From NCBI GenBank assembly GCA_026195275.1, contig JAPHQU010000002.1, positions 69,964 to 133,963 of the forward strand: a DNA stretch of 64,000 nucleotides, read 5' to 3'. The notes beneath the pieces were generated by a model. That model worked only from the letters and a program-made list of their open reading frames with translations, ran no database searches and had not been told where the DNA came from. The stretch's first letter is position 1. Each line of letters starts with the position of its first letter. Source of the stretch: Minisyncoccota bacterium (GTDB lineage: Bacteria > Patescibacteriota > Minisyncoccia > Phycocordibacterales > JABMNX01). Both the position numbers and the translations under genes were made by a program. Shown here in pieces: positions 18,805 through 30,037 of this stretch.

Positions 18805-20733
18805 TTATACCGGTTTCCAGGTGAGTTGCTTGTCATCAAGGCTTGCTTCGGCGAGTTTAACGTGAATCGAGTCGCCGAGGCGGTAGGCGCGCTTGGTGCG
18901 CTCGCCCACAACTGCGTACTTTGAGCGGTCGAACACATAGTAGTCGTCCGGGAGGTCGCGGAGACGAATCATGCCGGTCGCCTTCGTCTTATTCTCCTCA
19001 ACAAAAACACCAAAGTCGGTGACGCCACTGATGATGCCGTCGAACATTTCGCCAACATGGTCTTGCATATACTCAACCTGCTTGTAGCGGATTGATTCGC
19101 GCTCTGCAGCAACTGCGTCGGCTTCACGCTGAGACGACTCAATCGCGAGTCTGCGGTAGCGCTGGAGTTCGTCGTGCGGTACCTTCTCACCACCGAGGTA
19201 GTGGGCGAGGATGCGATGCACCATCATGTCCGGGTAGCGCCTAATCGGAGAAGTGAAGTGTGTGTAGTAACTAAAGGCGAGCGAAAAGTGCCCAATATTC
19301 TTTGTCGAGTAGATTGCTTTTGCCATTGAGCGAATAGTGGCGGTCTGAATAAGCTTTTCTTCAGGCTTTCCTTTTGCCGCTTCGAGGAGTTTGTTGATAT
19401 CACGCGAGCGTACAACACCCTGCTTCTCTTCGAGATCGTAGCCGATTGCTTTGAGGAAGACCGCGAGTTCTTGGATCTTCTCTTCGTCTGGTGCGTCGTG
19501 GATTCGGTAGACAACAGTATCTCTGAGTTGGCTCGTGCCGTTACTTTCATCATAGAGGAATCGGGCGACTTCGCGGTTTGCAAGGAGCATGAAGTCCTCA
19601 ATCATCATCATGGTCTCAAGGCGCTCCTTTACAATGACGTTAATCGGCTTTCCTTTCTCGTCGAGTTCAAACTTCACTTCATCGCTCTCAAACGCAATCG
19701 ATCCTTCCTTAAAACGTCCTGCACGAAGTTCTTTTGCGAGTCGTTCCATCTCCTTGAGCTCTTTCTCGTATTCTCCCGATGCGCCGTCGAGTACATCTTG
19801 CGCGCTTTGGTAGGTAAAGCGTTTGTCTGAGTGGATCACGGTGCGACCGAACCAACGACTTTTTACCTCTGCATTTCGATTAAGTTCAAAGACCGCGGAG
19901 AAAGCGAGCTTATCTTCGTTCGGGTTTAAGCTACATACGTCGTTTGAGAGTACCTCGGGGAGCATGGGGATAGTGCGATCAACGAGGTAGATTGACGTGC
20001 CGCGCTTCTGTGCCTCCTCGTCAATCGCTGAGCCGGGCCGTACGTAGTGGGTGACGTCGGCAATGTGGATTCCGACCTCAATCGTGTCTTCATCAATAAA
20101 CGTAACCGAGAGTGCATCATCAAAGTCTTTCGCGTCTGCCGGGTCGATGGTGAAGGTGGTTGCTTCTCGCATGTCGCGCCGCTTTGTGACTTCTTCTTCG
20201 GTGATCTCACGGTTTTCTCCTATCTTTAGAGCTTGTGTCTCAACGTCAGCAGGGAATGATGTGTCGACATCGTGTCCAATCAAGATGGCCTGCATCTCGG
20301 TTTCGTGCTCGCCTTTCTTTCCAATGACTTGGATGACCTTGCCATGCGGGTTTTTGCGCGGGTCGTGCCACTCGGAAAGCTCGACAAGCACCTTTGTATT
20401 CTCGGGAGTCGCCTCAGCACCTTCGGTGACAACAATGTCTGCGTACATACGTCGTTCATCAGGGACGAGATAATACATGCCACTCTCACGCTTGATTGTC
20501 CCGACGAAGCGGGTTCGTGCTCGTTCTTTGACACTAAGAACCTCGCCTTGTTGGCGTATATCCGCACGCTTCGGAAGGAGGACAATCTCAACCGTATCAC
20601 CATGGAGCGCTGTGTTGAGCGACCCCTCGGGAATCTCGATATCTTGCTCAAATCCCTCTGCAGTGACGTAGCCGATGCCGCGTCCGGTGACGCTGATTAT
20701 TCCTTCTATAGTATTTTCTTTCTGTGATGTCAT
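18805..20733 (-). CDS. rnr: Ribonuclease R
   Basis: ALHGD, TIDPADAKDFDDA, HIADV, YTHFTSPIRRYPD, C-terminal S1 domain. Confidence 0.95.
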   Translation of the reverse strand: MTSQKENTIEGIISVTGRGIGYVTAEGFEQDIEIPEGSLNTALHGDTVEIVLLPKRADIRQQGEVLSVKERARTRFVGTIKRESGMYYLVPDERRMYADIVVTEGAEATPENTKVLVELSEWHDPRKNPHGKVIQVIGKKGEHETEMQAILIGHDVDTSFPADVETQALKIGENREITEEEVTKRRDMREATTFTIDPADAKDFDDALSVTFIDEDTIEVGIHIADVTHYVRPGSAIDEEAQKRGTSIYLVDRTIPMLPEVLSNDVCSLNPNEDKLAFSAVFELNRNAEVKSRWFGRTVIHSDKRFTYQSAQDVLDGASGEYEKELKEMERLAKELRAGRFKEGSIAFESDEVKFELDEKGKPINVIVKERLETMMMIEDFMLLANREVARFLYDESNGTSQLRDTVVYRIHDAPDEEKIQELAVFLKAIGYDLEEKQGVVRSRDINKLLEAAKGKPEEKLIQTATIRSMAKAIYSTKNIGHFSLAFSYYTHFTSPIRRYPDMMVHRILAHYLGGEKVPHDELQRYRRLAIESSQREADAVAAERESIRYKQVEYMQDHVGEMFDGIISGVTDFGVFVEENKTKATGMIRLRDLPDDYYVFDRSKYAVVGERTKRAYRLGDSIHVKLAEASLDDKQLTWKPV

Positions 20734-20816
20734 GATTGTTGAGTATAACACGAGAGCTACGCCTGGAAACTCAGAGGAGATTGACGCAGGACGCCCGCTC
20801 TGGTACATTAGAGCGC

Positions 20817-21251
20817 ATGTTAAAGATTAGATTAGCACGAATTGGCCGCAAGAATGACCCGTCATTCCGCGTGGTCGTTACCGAATCAACTCGCGGACCA
20901 AAGTCCGGGAAGTATATTGAGGTGCTTGGCAACTACAACCCAAAGATGGACTCAGTTGTTATTGACGGTGAGCGCGCAAAGCATTGGATCAGTGCGGGCG
21001 CGCAAGTCTCAGACACGGTACACAACCTACTTGTTGGACAAGGGGTGATTGAGGGGAAGAAGGTGAACGTGCTTCCAAAGAAATCTCCGATTGTAAAGGA
21101 AGTCGAAGAGTCGGCAGAAATTCCGGCCGAAGCAGCAGAGGCACCTGCGGAGGGGACGGCGCCCGCTGAAGAAGCACCAGCAGAGGAGACTTCAGCTGAG
21201 AAAGAGAAGTCAGTAGAGGAAGCTCCGGCAGAAGAAGAGAAGAGCGAATAA
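20817..21251 (+). CDS. rpsP: 30S ribosomal protein S16 with acidic C-terminal tail
   Basis: MLKIRLARIG, IEVLGNYNP, GAQVSDTV. Confidence 0.95.
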   Translation: MLKIRLARIGRKNDPSFRVVVTESTRGPKSGKYIEVLGNYNPKMDSVVIDGERAKHWISAGAQVSDTVHNLLVGQGVIEGKKVNVLPKKSPIVKEVEESAEIPAEAAEAPAEGTAPAEEAPAEETSAEKEKSVEEAPAEEEKSE

Positions 21252-21359
21252 GCACAAGTGAGTCATTGACTTCACCTCCGGACTTCATCATAGTTATAGA
21301 TAGGTATTGCTTAGCGTAGGCTGCTGAGTAGGCCGTTACAAATATCAGATAAGATCTAT

Positions 21360-21677
21360 ATGGAACAAGACAGAGAGTTTCTCGAGTACGTAGTTAAAGC
21401 ACTGGTTGATAATCCGGATGATGTAAAGATCGATCGCGTTGTTGACGAGATGGGGGTGCTCCTTACGCTTAATGTGAACCCCGCGGACATGGGAAAGATC
21501 ATCGGACGCTCAGGCAACACCGCGAAAGCGATCCGCACACTCCTTCGCGTCGTTGGTATGAAGAACGACGCCCGAGTAAACCTCAAGATCAATGAGCCAG
21601 CAGGCGGCACCGGCGGTAGGGAAGGAGGAAGTGCAACCAAGACCGTTGACGAAGCGATGGAAGGACTCGACCTCTAA
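21360..21677 (+). CDS. khpA: KH-domain RNA-binding protein
   Basis: LVDNPDDV, DMGKIIGRSGNTAKAIRTLL; follows rpsP. Confidence 0.9.
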   Translation: MEQDREFLEYVVKALVDNPDDVKIDRVVDEMGVLLTLNVNPADMGKIIGRSGNTAKAIRTLLRVVGMKNDARVNLKINEPAGGTGGREGGSATKTVDEAMEGLDL

Positions 21678-21679
21678 CC

Positions 21680-21794
21680 AGGTTTTAGGTAGTAGGTTTT
21701 AGGTTTTAGTGAAAACACCCGGCTTCGCCGGGTGTTTTCTTAGGAACTTGAATTACAACCCAATCACCTATAACCTATAACCTAACACCTAAAC
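21680..21794. repeat. Terminator hairpin (21712-21738) flanked by inverted heptamer-like repeats
   Basis: Left arm AGGTTTT/AGGTAGT/AGGTTTT/AGGTTTT; right arm ACCTATA ACCTATA ACCTAAC ACCTAAA. Confidence 0.7.
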
Positions 21795-22439
21795 ATGATT
21801 CATTTTCACATAGTTACTTTATTTCCCGAGAGCATCGAGCCGTATCTCGATGCATCGATCTTGGGGCGCGCACAAAGGGACAAAAAAATAAAAGTCTCAT
21901 TTTATAATCCGCGCGATTACACGAAAGACAAGCACAATAGGGTTGACCAAAAACCTTATGGCGGTGGCCCCGGTATGGTCCTTGAGGCAGCGTCAGTGCT
22001 CCGCGCAGCAGGGAAGGCTATCGGGCGAAAGAAAGATGTGCTTACGGTCTTTTTCTCGCCAAGCGGCGAGCAGTTTACGAATAATCTTGCGCGCAAGTTC
22101 ACAAAGAAATACAAACATATTGTTTTCATCTGTGGGCACTACGAAGGAGTAGACGCGCGTGTCGCAAAGATACTCAAAGCAAAACATGTCTCGATCGGAC
22201 CATATGTGCTCACTGGTGGAGAGCTTCCGGCAGCAGTCATGATCGACGCGATGGTGCGGCAGATCCCCGGGGTGCTCGGCGCGTACGAGTCGCTCGAAGA
22301 AGAGCGAGTGAGCGCGAGCGAGGTGTACACACGCCCCGAAGTGCTCGTTTGGAAGGATAAACAATACCGAGTTCCTAAAATATTACTCTCAGGTCATCAT
22401 AAGAAGATAGAGGAGTGGAAAAAAAAGAGAAGTAAGTAA
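21795..22439 (+). CDS. trmD: tRNA (guanine-N1)-methyltransferase
   Basis: TLFPE, PYGGGPGMV, CGHYEGVD, YVLTGGEL, YTRP, LLSGHH. Confidence 0.97.
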   Translation: MIHFHIVTLFPESIEPYLDASILGRAQRDKKIKVSFYNPRDYTKDKHNRVDQKPYGGGPGMVLEAASVLRAAGKAIGRKKDVLTVFFSPSGEQFTNNLARKFTKKYKHIVFICGHYEGVDARVAKILKAKHVSIGPYVLTGGELPAAVMIDAMVRQIPGVLGAYESLEEERVSASEVYTRPEVLVWKDKQYRVPKILLSGHHKKIEEWKKKRSK

Positions 22440-22480
22440 ACGAACAACACCAGGCATATATATCAAGATTCGTCGCTCAG

Positions 22481-22489
22481 TGTGGATAA
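22481..22489 (-). promoter_or_regulatory. Consensus DnaA box
   Basis: TGTGGATAA is the reverse complement of TTATCCACA; lies 7 bp before a TTGACA at 22497. Confidence 0.5.
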
Positions 22490-22582
22490 GAAGCTATTGA
22501 CAGATCTTATTTTTTGTATACTATAGTCAACAGAAATAAGGCAGGCCACGGGGGTCTGCTAAAAACCTTAGGGGGTTTTACA

Positions 22583-22756
22583 ATGCCAATAATCGACGAT
22601 CAGTCTTCACAACAAGAATCAGAGCGGAGCTGCCTGAACTGCGGACATTGCGACCGCTGTCACGGCAACGACTGCGACACAGTCTCTGCTGCGGCAAGCA
22701 GACAACCCGCAATCAAGTCCGCGCTCGCTGAGTCTTGGGTGCCCAGGCCCTACTGA
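22583..22756 (+). CDS. Small Cys-rich hypothetical protein (57 aa)
   Basis: Own TTGACA promoter, AGGGGG SD, CLNCGHCDRC motif, terminator at 22773-22802. Confidence 0.55.
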   Translation: MPIIDDQSSQQESERSCLNCGHCDRCHGNDCDTVSAAASRQPAIKSALAESWVPRPY

Positions 22757-22851
22757 GAGCTCTTCTTTGCAGAAGACCCGACGCGTATGCGTCGGGTCTT
22801 TTAATTTGTGATAGTCCCGCGGCGCTATACACACCTCTCTCAAGGACGGAT

Positions 22852-22880
22852 TTGACACCTTCAAAGGCTTCGTGTAGTAT
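22852..22880 (+). promoter_or_regulatory. Sigma70 promoter for rpoBC
   Basis: TTGACA-17 bp-TAGTAT. Confidence 0.7.
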
Positions 22881-23068
22881 GGCAACATACGTTTTTCTGA
22901 GATGATTGAGTAACTGACGCTTTCTTTTTAATACGTTTTTGAGTATTCAACAGGCTGAGTACTCAGATTACAAATCGAATCACACAACACACTTTCAAGA
23001 TAAACTTCTATTGAAGTTTATCTTTGTGCTGTTATTTTGTTTACTCCCACATAAATCACGCGCGCGAC

Positions 23069-26000
23069 ATGCTAGAGACAAAAGACACAAAGATCTTCGG
23101 CCGCTTCAAAGAGCCGAAAGCTGAGTACCCACACTTTGTGGAAGCACAACTCGAGTCATACCGCTGGCTCATTGAAGAAGGCATCAAAGAGATATTTGAT
23201 GAGTTTTCTCCGATCAAAGATTATTCAAGCAAGAAGTTTGATCTTGAGATCTCAAAGATAGAGTTTGGTGAGCCAAAGTATGACGAGTACTTTGCCAAGA
23301 AGAACATGCTCACCTACGAGGCACCGCTGCGCGCGATCGTGTCTCTTAAGAATAAAACCATTGGCGGAACCAAGGAGCAGGAGATTTTTCTTGCTGATAT
23401 CCCAATGATGACCGATCACGGGACTTTTGTGATCAACGGTGTTGAACGAGTTATCGTGCCGCAGCTTGCACGCTCGTTTGGCGTATTTTTTGGTACGAAA
23501 GAGCTTCGTGGCAAATCGCACTTTGGTGCAAAGATCATACCGGCGCGTGGTGCGTGGGTTGAAATCGAGTCGGAAGCAGACGGTGCAATCTACGTTAAGA
23601 TCGATCGTAAGCGAAAGTTCCCGGTCACATCACTTCTGCGTATCATGGGCGCGACCTATGACAAGGACATGTTCGACCTTCTTAAAGGGAACCCGAACGC
23701 AAAGGCGGCGCTTGAAGCAACGCTCGAGAAGGATCCCGCAAAAACAGTCGATGAAGCATATATTGAGATTCACCGACGTCTCCGTGACGGGGATCTTGCG
23801 ACCGCGCAAAATGCGCGGGAGTATATCCAATCAATCTTTAGTGAAGAGCGATATGACCTCTCCAAAGTAGGTCGACGACACTTCAACCAGCGTTTTGGTA
23901 TGTCGATTGACGGCAAGGAGCTTGAGCGACGCACGGTCTCGCTTGATGATATTGTCCTGATCGTCTCAAACATCATCTCTCTCAACAATACACCGGACGC
24001 GGTCGCTGACGATATTGATCACCTTGGCTTCCGTCGTGTGCGGTACGTTGGTGAGCTACTTCAGCAAAAGGTCCGTGTTGGTATGAGTCGCATGAAGCGA
24101 AATATTCAGGACCGCATGTCAACGGTTGAGGCGGAGACAACACTTCCAATGCAGTTTATCAACCCGCGACCGTTCCAAGCGGCGGTCAAAGAATTCTTTA
24201 CGACCAACCAGCTTTCTCAGTTTATGAGTCAGCAGAACATTCTCTCTGAGATGGAGCATCTTCGCACGCTCTCAGCACTCGGTCCGGGTGGACTCACTCG
24301 TGAGCGCGCCGGCTTCGAGGTGCGCGATGTACATCCGTCTCACTACGGACGCCTCTGTCCGATCCACACACCGGAAGGACCGAACATTGGTCTTATCCTT
24401 CACCTCTCGACATACGCACGAATCAATGAGTTTGGCATCATAGAAACACCATATGTAAAAGTCTCAGGTGGCAAGGTTACCGGAGAGATCGAGTACTTAA
24501 ACGCGCTTGAAGAGGAGCGACGAAAAATAGCACATGCCGCAACGTCATACGGGGAAGACGGCCTCATCACAGAGAAGGTGGTTGAGGTGCGTATCGCCGG
24601 CGAGCCAACGCTCGTCCCTCGTGAAGATATTGAGTATATCGATGTCGCAACAAACCAGGCGTTCTCAATCGCCCCATCAATGATTCCGTTCCTTGAGAAC
24701 GACGATGCGAACCGCGCACTCATGGGTTCAAACATGCAGAAGCAGGCGACTCCGTGTATCTTGCCGGAGGCGCCTATTGTGGCAACAGGGATTGAGGAAC
24801 AGATTGCCCGCGACTCAGGACGACTCATTTATGCTCCTGAATCTGGCGAGATTACCTATGTTGACGCAAAGAAGATAGAACTAACCACCAACAAGGGCGA
24901 GAAAAAGACGTTCTCACTTGTGAATTTCTTGCGCACCAACGACTTCGGCGTCTCACACCACCGTCCGGTGGTTTCAGTTGGGCAGAAGGTTAAGAAAGGA
25001 GCACTCCTTGCCGACAACACGTCGAGTGATAATGGACAGGTGGCACTCGGGCAGAACATCCGTGTTGCGTTCATGTCATGGTCAGGAGCGAACTACGAGG
25101 ACGCCATTATTATTTCTGAGCGGCTCGTAAAGAATAGTCGTTTTACCAGTATTCATACTGAAGAGTTCAGTGTCTCGGTTCGCGATACCAAGCTCGGTCC
25201 TGAGGTGACCACACACGACATCCCGAATGTTGGTGAAGTAAAGCTTCGGAATCTTGATGAGGAAGGAATTGTTCGTATCGGTGCTGAGGTGCGACCGGGT
25301 GATATCCTGGTTGGAAAGGTCACCCCGAAGGGTGAGACACAGCTTACGCCGGAAGAGCGACTTTTGCGCTCAATTTTCGGAGAGAAAGCAAAAGATGTGA
25401 AGGACACCTCACTTCGTCTTGAGGGAGGGAAGCGCGGTCGCGTGGTCGGGGTAAAGATCTTCTCGCGTGAGAATGGTGACAATCTCGAATCAGGCATCAT
25501 TAAGCGTATCCATGTTGAAGTAGCGCAACTCCGCCCAATTTCAGTTGGAGACAAGATGGCGGGGCGTCACGGAAACAAGGGTGTGATCTCACACATTCTT
25601 CCTGAAGAAGACATGCCATACTCAGCAGACGGTGAGCCGATTGACATCATTCTCACGCCACTTGGTGTGCCTTCTCGTATGAACCTCGGGCAGATTCTTG
25701 AGATGCACCTCGGACTTGCCGCAAATACGCTTGATTACCAAGCAATCGTACCACCATTTGCCGGCGCAACCGGAGAGGAGATTGAGAGTGAGCTTGAGAG
25801 GGCGGGGCACAACAAGAACGGTAAGATGGAGCTCTTTGACGGCCGCACCGGAGAAGCGTTTGATCAGGATGTGGCAGTTGGTTATATGTATATCCTTAAG
25901 CTTCACCACATGGTGGAGGACAAGATCCACATGCGTTCAATCGGCCCATACTCACTCATCACCCAGCAACCGCTTGGCGGAAAGGCTCAGGGTGGTGGTC

Positions 26001-26242
26001 AGCGATTTGGAGAGATGGAAGTCTGGGCACTTCTTGGATATGGAGCCGCATATACGCTCCGTGAAGTGCTCACCATCAAATCGGACGATATTGTCGGGCG
26101 ATCAGCCGCCTTCGACACTATCGTGAAGGGTGGTCACATCTCTCAACTAAACACCCCGGCATCGTTTAATGTCCTACTCAAGCATTTGCGAGGACTTTCA
26201 CTTGACGTCGAACTTAAGAGCGAAGAGTCTAACGAAGAGTAG
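23069..26242 (+). CDS. rpoB: RNA polymerase beta subunit
   Basis: INGVERV, DDIDHLG, RDVHPSHYGRLCP, DDANRALMGSNMQ, GDKMAGRHGNKG, GQRFGEME. Confidence 0.98.
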   Translation: MLETKDTKIFGRFKEPKAEYPHFVEAQLESYRWLIEEGIKEIFDEFSPIKDYSSKKFDLEISKIEFGEPKYDEYFAKKNMLTYEAPLRAIVSLKNKTIGGTKEQEIFLADIPMMTDHGTFVINGVERVIVPQLARSFGVFFGTKELRGKSHFGAKIIPARGAWVEIESEADGAIYVKIDRKRKFPVTSLLRIMGATYDKDMFDLLKGNPNAKAALEATLEKDPAKTVDEAYIEIHRRLRDGDLATAQNAREYIQSIFSEERYDLSKVGRRHFNQRFGMSIDGKELERRTVSLDDIVLIVSNIISLNNTPDAVADDIDHLGFRRVRYVGELLQQKVRVGMSRMKRNIQDRMSTVEAETTLPMQFINPRPFQAAVKEFFTTNQLSQFMSQQNILSEMEHLRTLSALGPGGLTRERAGFEVRDVHPSHYGRLCPIHTPEGPNIGLILHLSTYARINEFGIIETPYVKVSGGKVTGEIEYLNALEEERRKIAHAATSYGEDGLITEKVVEVRIAGEPTLVPREDIEYIDVATNQAFSIAPSMIPFLENDDANRALMGSNMQKQATPCILPEAPIVATGIEEQIARDSGRLIYAPESGEITYVDAKKIELTTNKGEKKTFSLVNFLRTNDFGVSHHRPVVSVGQKVKKGALLADNTSSDNGQVALGQNIRVAFMSWSGANYEDAIIISERLVKNSRFTSIHTEEFSVSVRDTKLGPEVTTHDIPNVGEVKLRNLDEEGIVRIGAEVRPGDILVGKVTPKGETQLTPEERLLRSIFGEKAKDVKDTSLRLEGGKRGRVVGVKIFSRENGDNLESGIIKRIHVEVAQLRPISVGDKMAGRHGNKGVISHILPEEDMPYSADGEPIDIILTPLGVPSRMNLGQILEMHLGLAANTLDYQAIVPPFAGATGEEIESELERAGHNKNGKMELFDGRTGEAFDQDVAVGYMYILKLHHMVEDKIHMRSIGPYSLITQQPLGGKAQGGGQRFGEMEVWALLGYGAAYTLREVLTIKSDDIVGRSAAFDTIVKGGHISQLNTPASFNVLLKHLRGLSLDVELKSEESNEE

Positions 26243-26245
26243 CCT

Positions 26246-29200
26246 ATGAAAAAAGATTCACACACAAAGCAAGATTTCGACACGATTTCACTGCGGCTCG
26301 CGAGCCCGGATCGTATCCTCGAGTGGTCACATGGGGAGGTGACCAAGCCTGAGACCATCAACTATCGTACACAACGCGCAGAGAAGAACGGACTCTTTGA
26401 CGAGAAGATCTTTGGTCCGGAGAAGGACTTTGAGTGTTACTGTGGTAAATACCGCGGCATCCGCTTTAAAGGTATCGTCTGTGAGAAGTGTGGTGTTGAG
26501 GTGACTCGCTCGATCGTGCGCCGTGAGCGTATGGGGCATATCGAGCTGGCAACCCCGGTATCGCACATCTGGTTCCTTCGTGGCATCCCGTCACGTATCG
26601 CTCTTATCTTGGGGCTCTCAGCAAGTGATGTAGAGAAGGTGGTTTACTTCGCCGGATACATCATCACCAAGGTGAGCGAAAATGAACGCGGACGACTTCT
26701 TAAGGAGCTTGATACCGAATACAAGACCAAGGTGAAAGCGGTCTCTGATGCGAAGACCAAGACAAAGCTCAAAGAGCTCTTTACGCAGACCAAAAAGGAT
26801 ATCGAAGGAATCGCTACAGGGATCGTCCTTGGTGAGGCGACCTACCATACCTACTCGGTGAAATTTGGCGGTCTTTTCGAAGCGGAGATTGGCGCGGAAG
26901 CGATTTATAACATCTTTAAGAATACTGATCTTGGGAAGCTCGCACAGACGCTCGAAGAACGATTTGAGAAAGCCGGTGCGGTTGAGCGAGTCAAATTGAA
27001 TAAACGGCTCAGCCTCATCCGCTCGATGGCAGGAGCAGAACTCCGTCCCGAGTGGATGTTCATGACACGACTTCCGGTCATCCCGCCAATGCTTCGTCCG
27101 ATGGTTGCTCTTGAGGGTGGACGCCACGCGTCTTCTGACATTAACGACCTGTATCGTCGCGTGATCAACCGCAACAACCGCCTCAAAAAACTTATTGATA
27201 TCAATGCGCCTGATGTGATATTGCGCAACGAGAAAAGAATCCTTCAAGAGGCAGTTGATGCACTTCTTGATAACTCGATCCGCCACGGCAACACGGCATT
27301 TTCAGCAATGAGTCAGTCGCACCGACGACCACTCAAGTCTCTCTCTGACTACCTTAAAGGAAAGCAGGGGTACTTCCGCGGTAACCTTCTCGGCAAACGA
27401 GTCGACTACTCAGGTCGTTCGGTAATTGTCGTTGGTCCTCATCTCAAACTTGATGAGTGTGGATTGCCGAAACATATGGCACTCGAACTCTTTCGACCGT
27501 TTGTTATTTCACAGCTACTCCAGAAGGAACTCGCGTATAACATCCGCGGCGCAGGGCGCCTCATTGACGATGGTATTCCCGAGGTGTGGGCAATCCTTGA
27601 AGATGTGATCAAAGACAAGCACGTGCTTCTTAACCGTGCGCCAACACTCCACCGTCAAGGTATCCAGGCATTTCGTCCGCAGCTTATCGAGGGTAACGCA
27701 ATCCAACTTCATCCGCTCGTCTGTTCGGCATTCAATGCTGACTTCGACGGTGACCAGATGGCGGTTCATGTACCACTCTCAGAAGAGGCACAGCTCGAAG
27801 CGCGTGAGATCATGTCTGCAAACAAGAACATTCTTAAACCGGGTTCAGGGGAAGTGGTCACGAGTCCACGCCAGGACATCATTCTTGGTTGTTACTGGAT
27901 GACCAAGATTGTTGAAGGCGAGCGAGGGGAAGGAAAATATTTCCCAACACCAAACAACGCAATCACCGCGTACGACTTTGGTGCGGTTGGATTCCGTGCA
28001 CGCGTGAAAATTCTCCCAACTGACAGTAAAAAATACGAACAGTTTGACGGAAAGGTATTTGAGACCTCTGTTGGACGTCTCCTCTTCAACTCAGTGCTTC
28101 CAAGCGACTACCCATTCATTAACGATGAGATGACCAATAAAAAGATGTCAGTCCTCGTTGATAGTCTTATTGAACAGTATGGCCTCGACGGCATCTCAGA
28201 CATTCTTGATAAGATCAAGGCGTTTGGATTCAAGTATGCGACGTACTCGGGTATCACCTGGAGTCTCTCTGATCTTATTGTTCCTGAGAAGAAGAAAGAG
28301 ATCATTGCTGGTGCTAAGAAGAAGAGCGAGGAAATCATTCTTCAGTACAACGAAGGGCTCCTTTCAACTACAGAACGGCATCGTATGTCCGTAGAAAACT
28401 GGATGCAAGCAAAGAATGATATCGAGAAACTGCTTCCCGATTCTCTTGACCCAAATGGTTCAATTAACGACATGCTTGTCTCCGGGGCACGTGGTTCGAT
28501 CAGTCAGCTCTCACAGATGGCCGGTATGAAGGGACTTATTCAGAACCCGCGTGGCGAGACCATTGAATTCCCGATTGTGGCGTCTATGAAAGAAGGTCTC
28601 TCACCAATTGAGTACTTTATTACCACTCACGGATCGCGAAAAGGTCTTACTGACACCGCGCTCCAGACTGCGAAGGCGGGGTATCTGACCCGACGACTCT
28701 TCGACGTTGCACAAGATGCGATTGTCTCAGAGGATGATTGTAAGAGTAAGGAAAGCGTGCGCATCACTCACGAGAGCGCTTCTGGGATTCAGGTCTCTAT
28801 CGCGCGCGATATTGTTGGTCGCTATCTTGCAGAGAACGCCCTCGACAAAGATGGTAAGGTGCTCTACAAGAAGGGAGACCTCGTTGGTCCAAAAGAGGCT
28901 CGTGAGATTGAGGAAGGTGGCGCTGAAGAGGTGTTCGTACGCTCACCAATGACCTGTAAATCAAGACATGGTGTATGTCGCGCGTGTTACGGGACCGACA
29001 TGTCGCATGGCGGAATTGTTGAGCTTGGAGAAGCAGTCGGAACTGTGGCTGCACAAGCAATCGGTGAGCCGGGAACACAGCTGACGATGCGTACCTTCCA
29101 CGCCGGAGGTATTGCCTCAGCCGGAGGCGACATTACTCATGGACTTCCACGAGTTGAGGAGGTGTTTGAGAAACGATCTCCAAAGAACTCCGCCGCAATT

Positions 29201-29914
29201 GCACATGTCTCGGGAACTGTCTCAGAGATCAGGCAAGAAGGTAAGGAGAGGATCGTTGTACTACTACCAGATGAGGGAAGTAAGACTGCCAAGAAGAAAG
29301 ACATTGAATATACGATACATCACCTTCGAACACCAACAGTCAAAGAAGGGAGTCGTGTCGAGAAAGGTCAGCTTATGACCGATGGCTCTGCCGATATCAC
29401 CGAACTCTTCACCTATGCCGGCAAGGAGGTAGCGCAGAAATACATCATTAATGAAGCAACGAAGATTTATGAACTTCAGGGTGTAACCATCTCACGAAAG
29501 CACATTGAGGTTATCGTGAAGCAAATGTTCTCACGGCAGAAGATCAAGAGCCAGGGGGATTCATCGTTCGTTGTGGGTGATATTATCGAAGAAGCTGAGC
29601 TTGTTGCCGAGAATGAGGCGCTTAAAGCGGCAGGAAAGAGTCCGGCAACTGCGGAGCCGCTGGTCCTTGGTATCACTGAGGTGTCGCTCTCACGAAAGAG
29701 CTTCCTCTCTGCCGCTTCCTTCCAAAATACAACACGTATCCTCATTAACGCAGCTACGCGTGGTAGTGTTGATCACCTCAGAGGTCTTAAGGAGAACGTT
29801 ATCATCGGTCGTCTGATTCCGGCTGGAACCGGGTTCCCCGGCAGTCCAAAGTTTGAGATGGTTGATGAGCTCCAGAAGAAGATCCGTCAGACCGAAGAGA
29901 TTGACGAAGCGTAG
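26246..29914 (+). CDS. rpoC: RNA polymerase beta' subunit
   Basis: N-terminal zinc finger, [37 protein letters not shown]. Confidence 0.98.
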   Translation: MKKDSHTKQDFDTISLRLASPDRILEWSHGEVTKPETINYRTQRAEKNGLFDEKIFGPEKDFECYCGKYRGIRFKGIVCEKCGVEVTRSIVRRERMGHIELATPVSHIWFLRGIPSRIALILGLSASDVEKVVYFAGYIITKVSENERGRLLKELDTEYKTKVKAVSDAKTKTKLKELFTQTKKDIEGIATGIVLGEATYHTYSVKFGGLFEAEIGAEAIYNIFKNTDLGKLAQTLEERFEKAGAVERVKLNKRLSLIRSMAGAELRPEWMFMTRLPVIPPMLRPMVALEGGRHASSDINDLYRRVINRNNRLKKLIDINAPDVILRNEKRILQEAVDALLDNSIRHGNTAFSAMSQSHRRPLKSLSDYLKGKQGYFRGNLLGKRVDYSGRSVIVVGPHLKLDECGLPKHMALELFRPFVISQLLQKELAYNIRGAGRLIDDGIPEVWAILEDVIKDKHVLLNRAPTLHRQGIQAFRPQLIEGNAIQLHPLVCSAFNADFDGDQMAVHVPLSEEAQLEAREIMSANKNILKPGSGEVVTSPRQDIILGCYWMTKIVEGERGEGKYFPTPNNAITAYDFGAVGFRARVKILPTDSKKYEQFDGKVFETSVGRLLFNSVLPSDYPFINDEMTNKKMSVLVDSLIEQYGLDGISDILDKIKAFGFKYATYSGITWSLSDLIVPEKKKEIIAGAKKKSEEIILQYNEGLLSTTERHRMSVENWMQAKNDIEKLLPDSLDPNGSINDMLVSGARGSISQLSQMAGMKGLIQNPRGETIEFPIVASMKEGLSPIEYFITTHGSRKGLTDTALQTAKAGYLTRRLFDVAQDAIVSEDDCKSKESVRITHESASGIQVSIARDIVGRYLAENALDKDGKVLYKKGDLVGPKEAREIEEGGAEEVFVRSPMTCKSRHGVCRACYGTDMSHGGIVELGEAVGTVAAQAIGEPGTQLTMRTFHAGGIASAGGDITHGLPRVEEVFEKRSPKNSAAIAHVSGTVSEIRQEGKERIVVLLPDEGSKTAKKKDIEYTIHHLRTPTVKEGSRVEKGQLMTDGSADITELFTYAGKEVAQKYIINEATKIYELQGVTISRKHIEVIVKQMFSRQKIKSQGDSSFVVGDIIEEAELVAENEALKAAGKSPATAEPLVLGITEVSLSRKSFLSAASFQNTTRILINAATRGSVDHLRGLKENVIIGRLIPAGTGFPGSPKFEMVDELQKKIRQTEEIDEA

Positions 29915-30037
29915 TCTCACGCCCGCAGGGTTTCGGTGTTCTTTCCTTTTTGAAAGTTTGTAGCCCGCCAGCTCTGATCTGTCGGCCTATCAAAACAGAT
30001 TGCGTTACACGGAGCGCACCCTAGACGTCTAGATGTT

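Noticed and set aside
22481-22489. Replication origin
   Set aside because: A single DnaA box with no cluster and no dnaA or dnaN nearby.
23069-29914. Inteins or introns in rpoB and rpoC (also checked gyrB and dnaE)
   Set aside because: Frames are continuous and of normal or compact length, with no splice or homing-endonuclease motifs seen.
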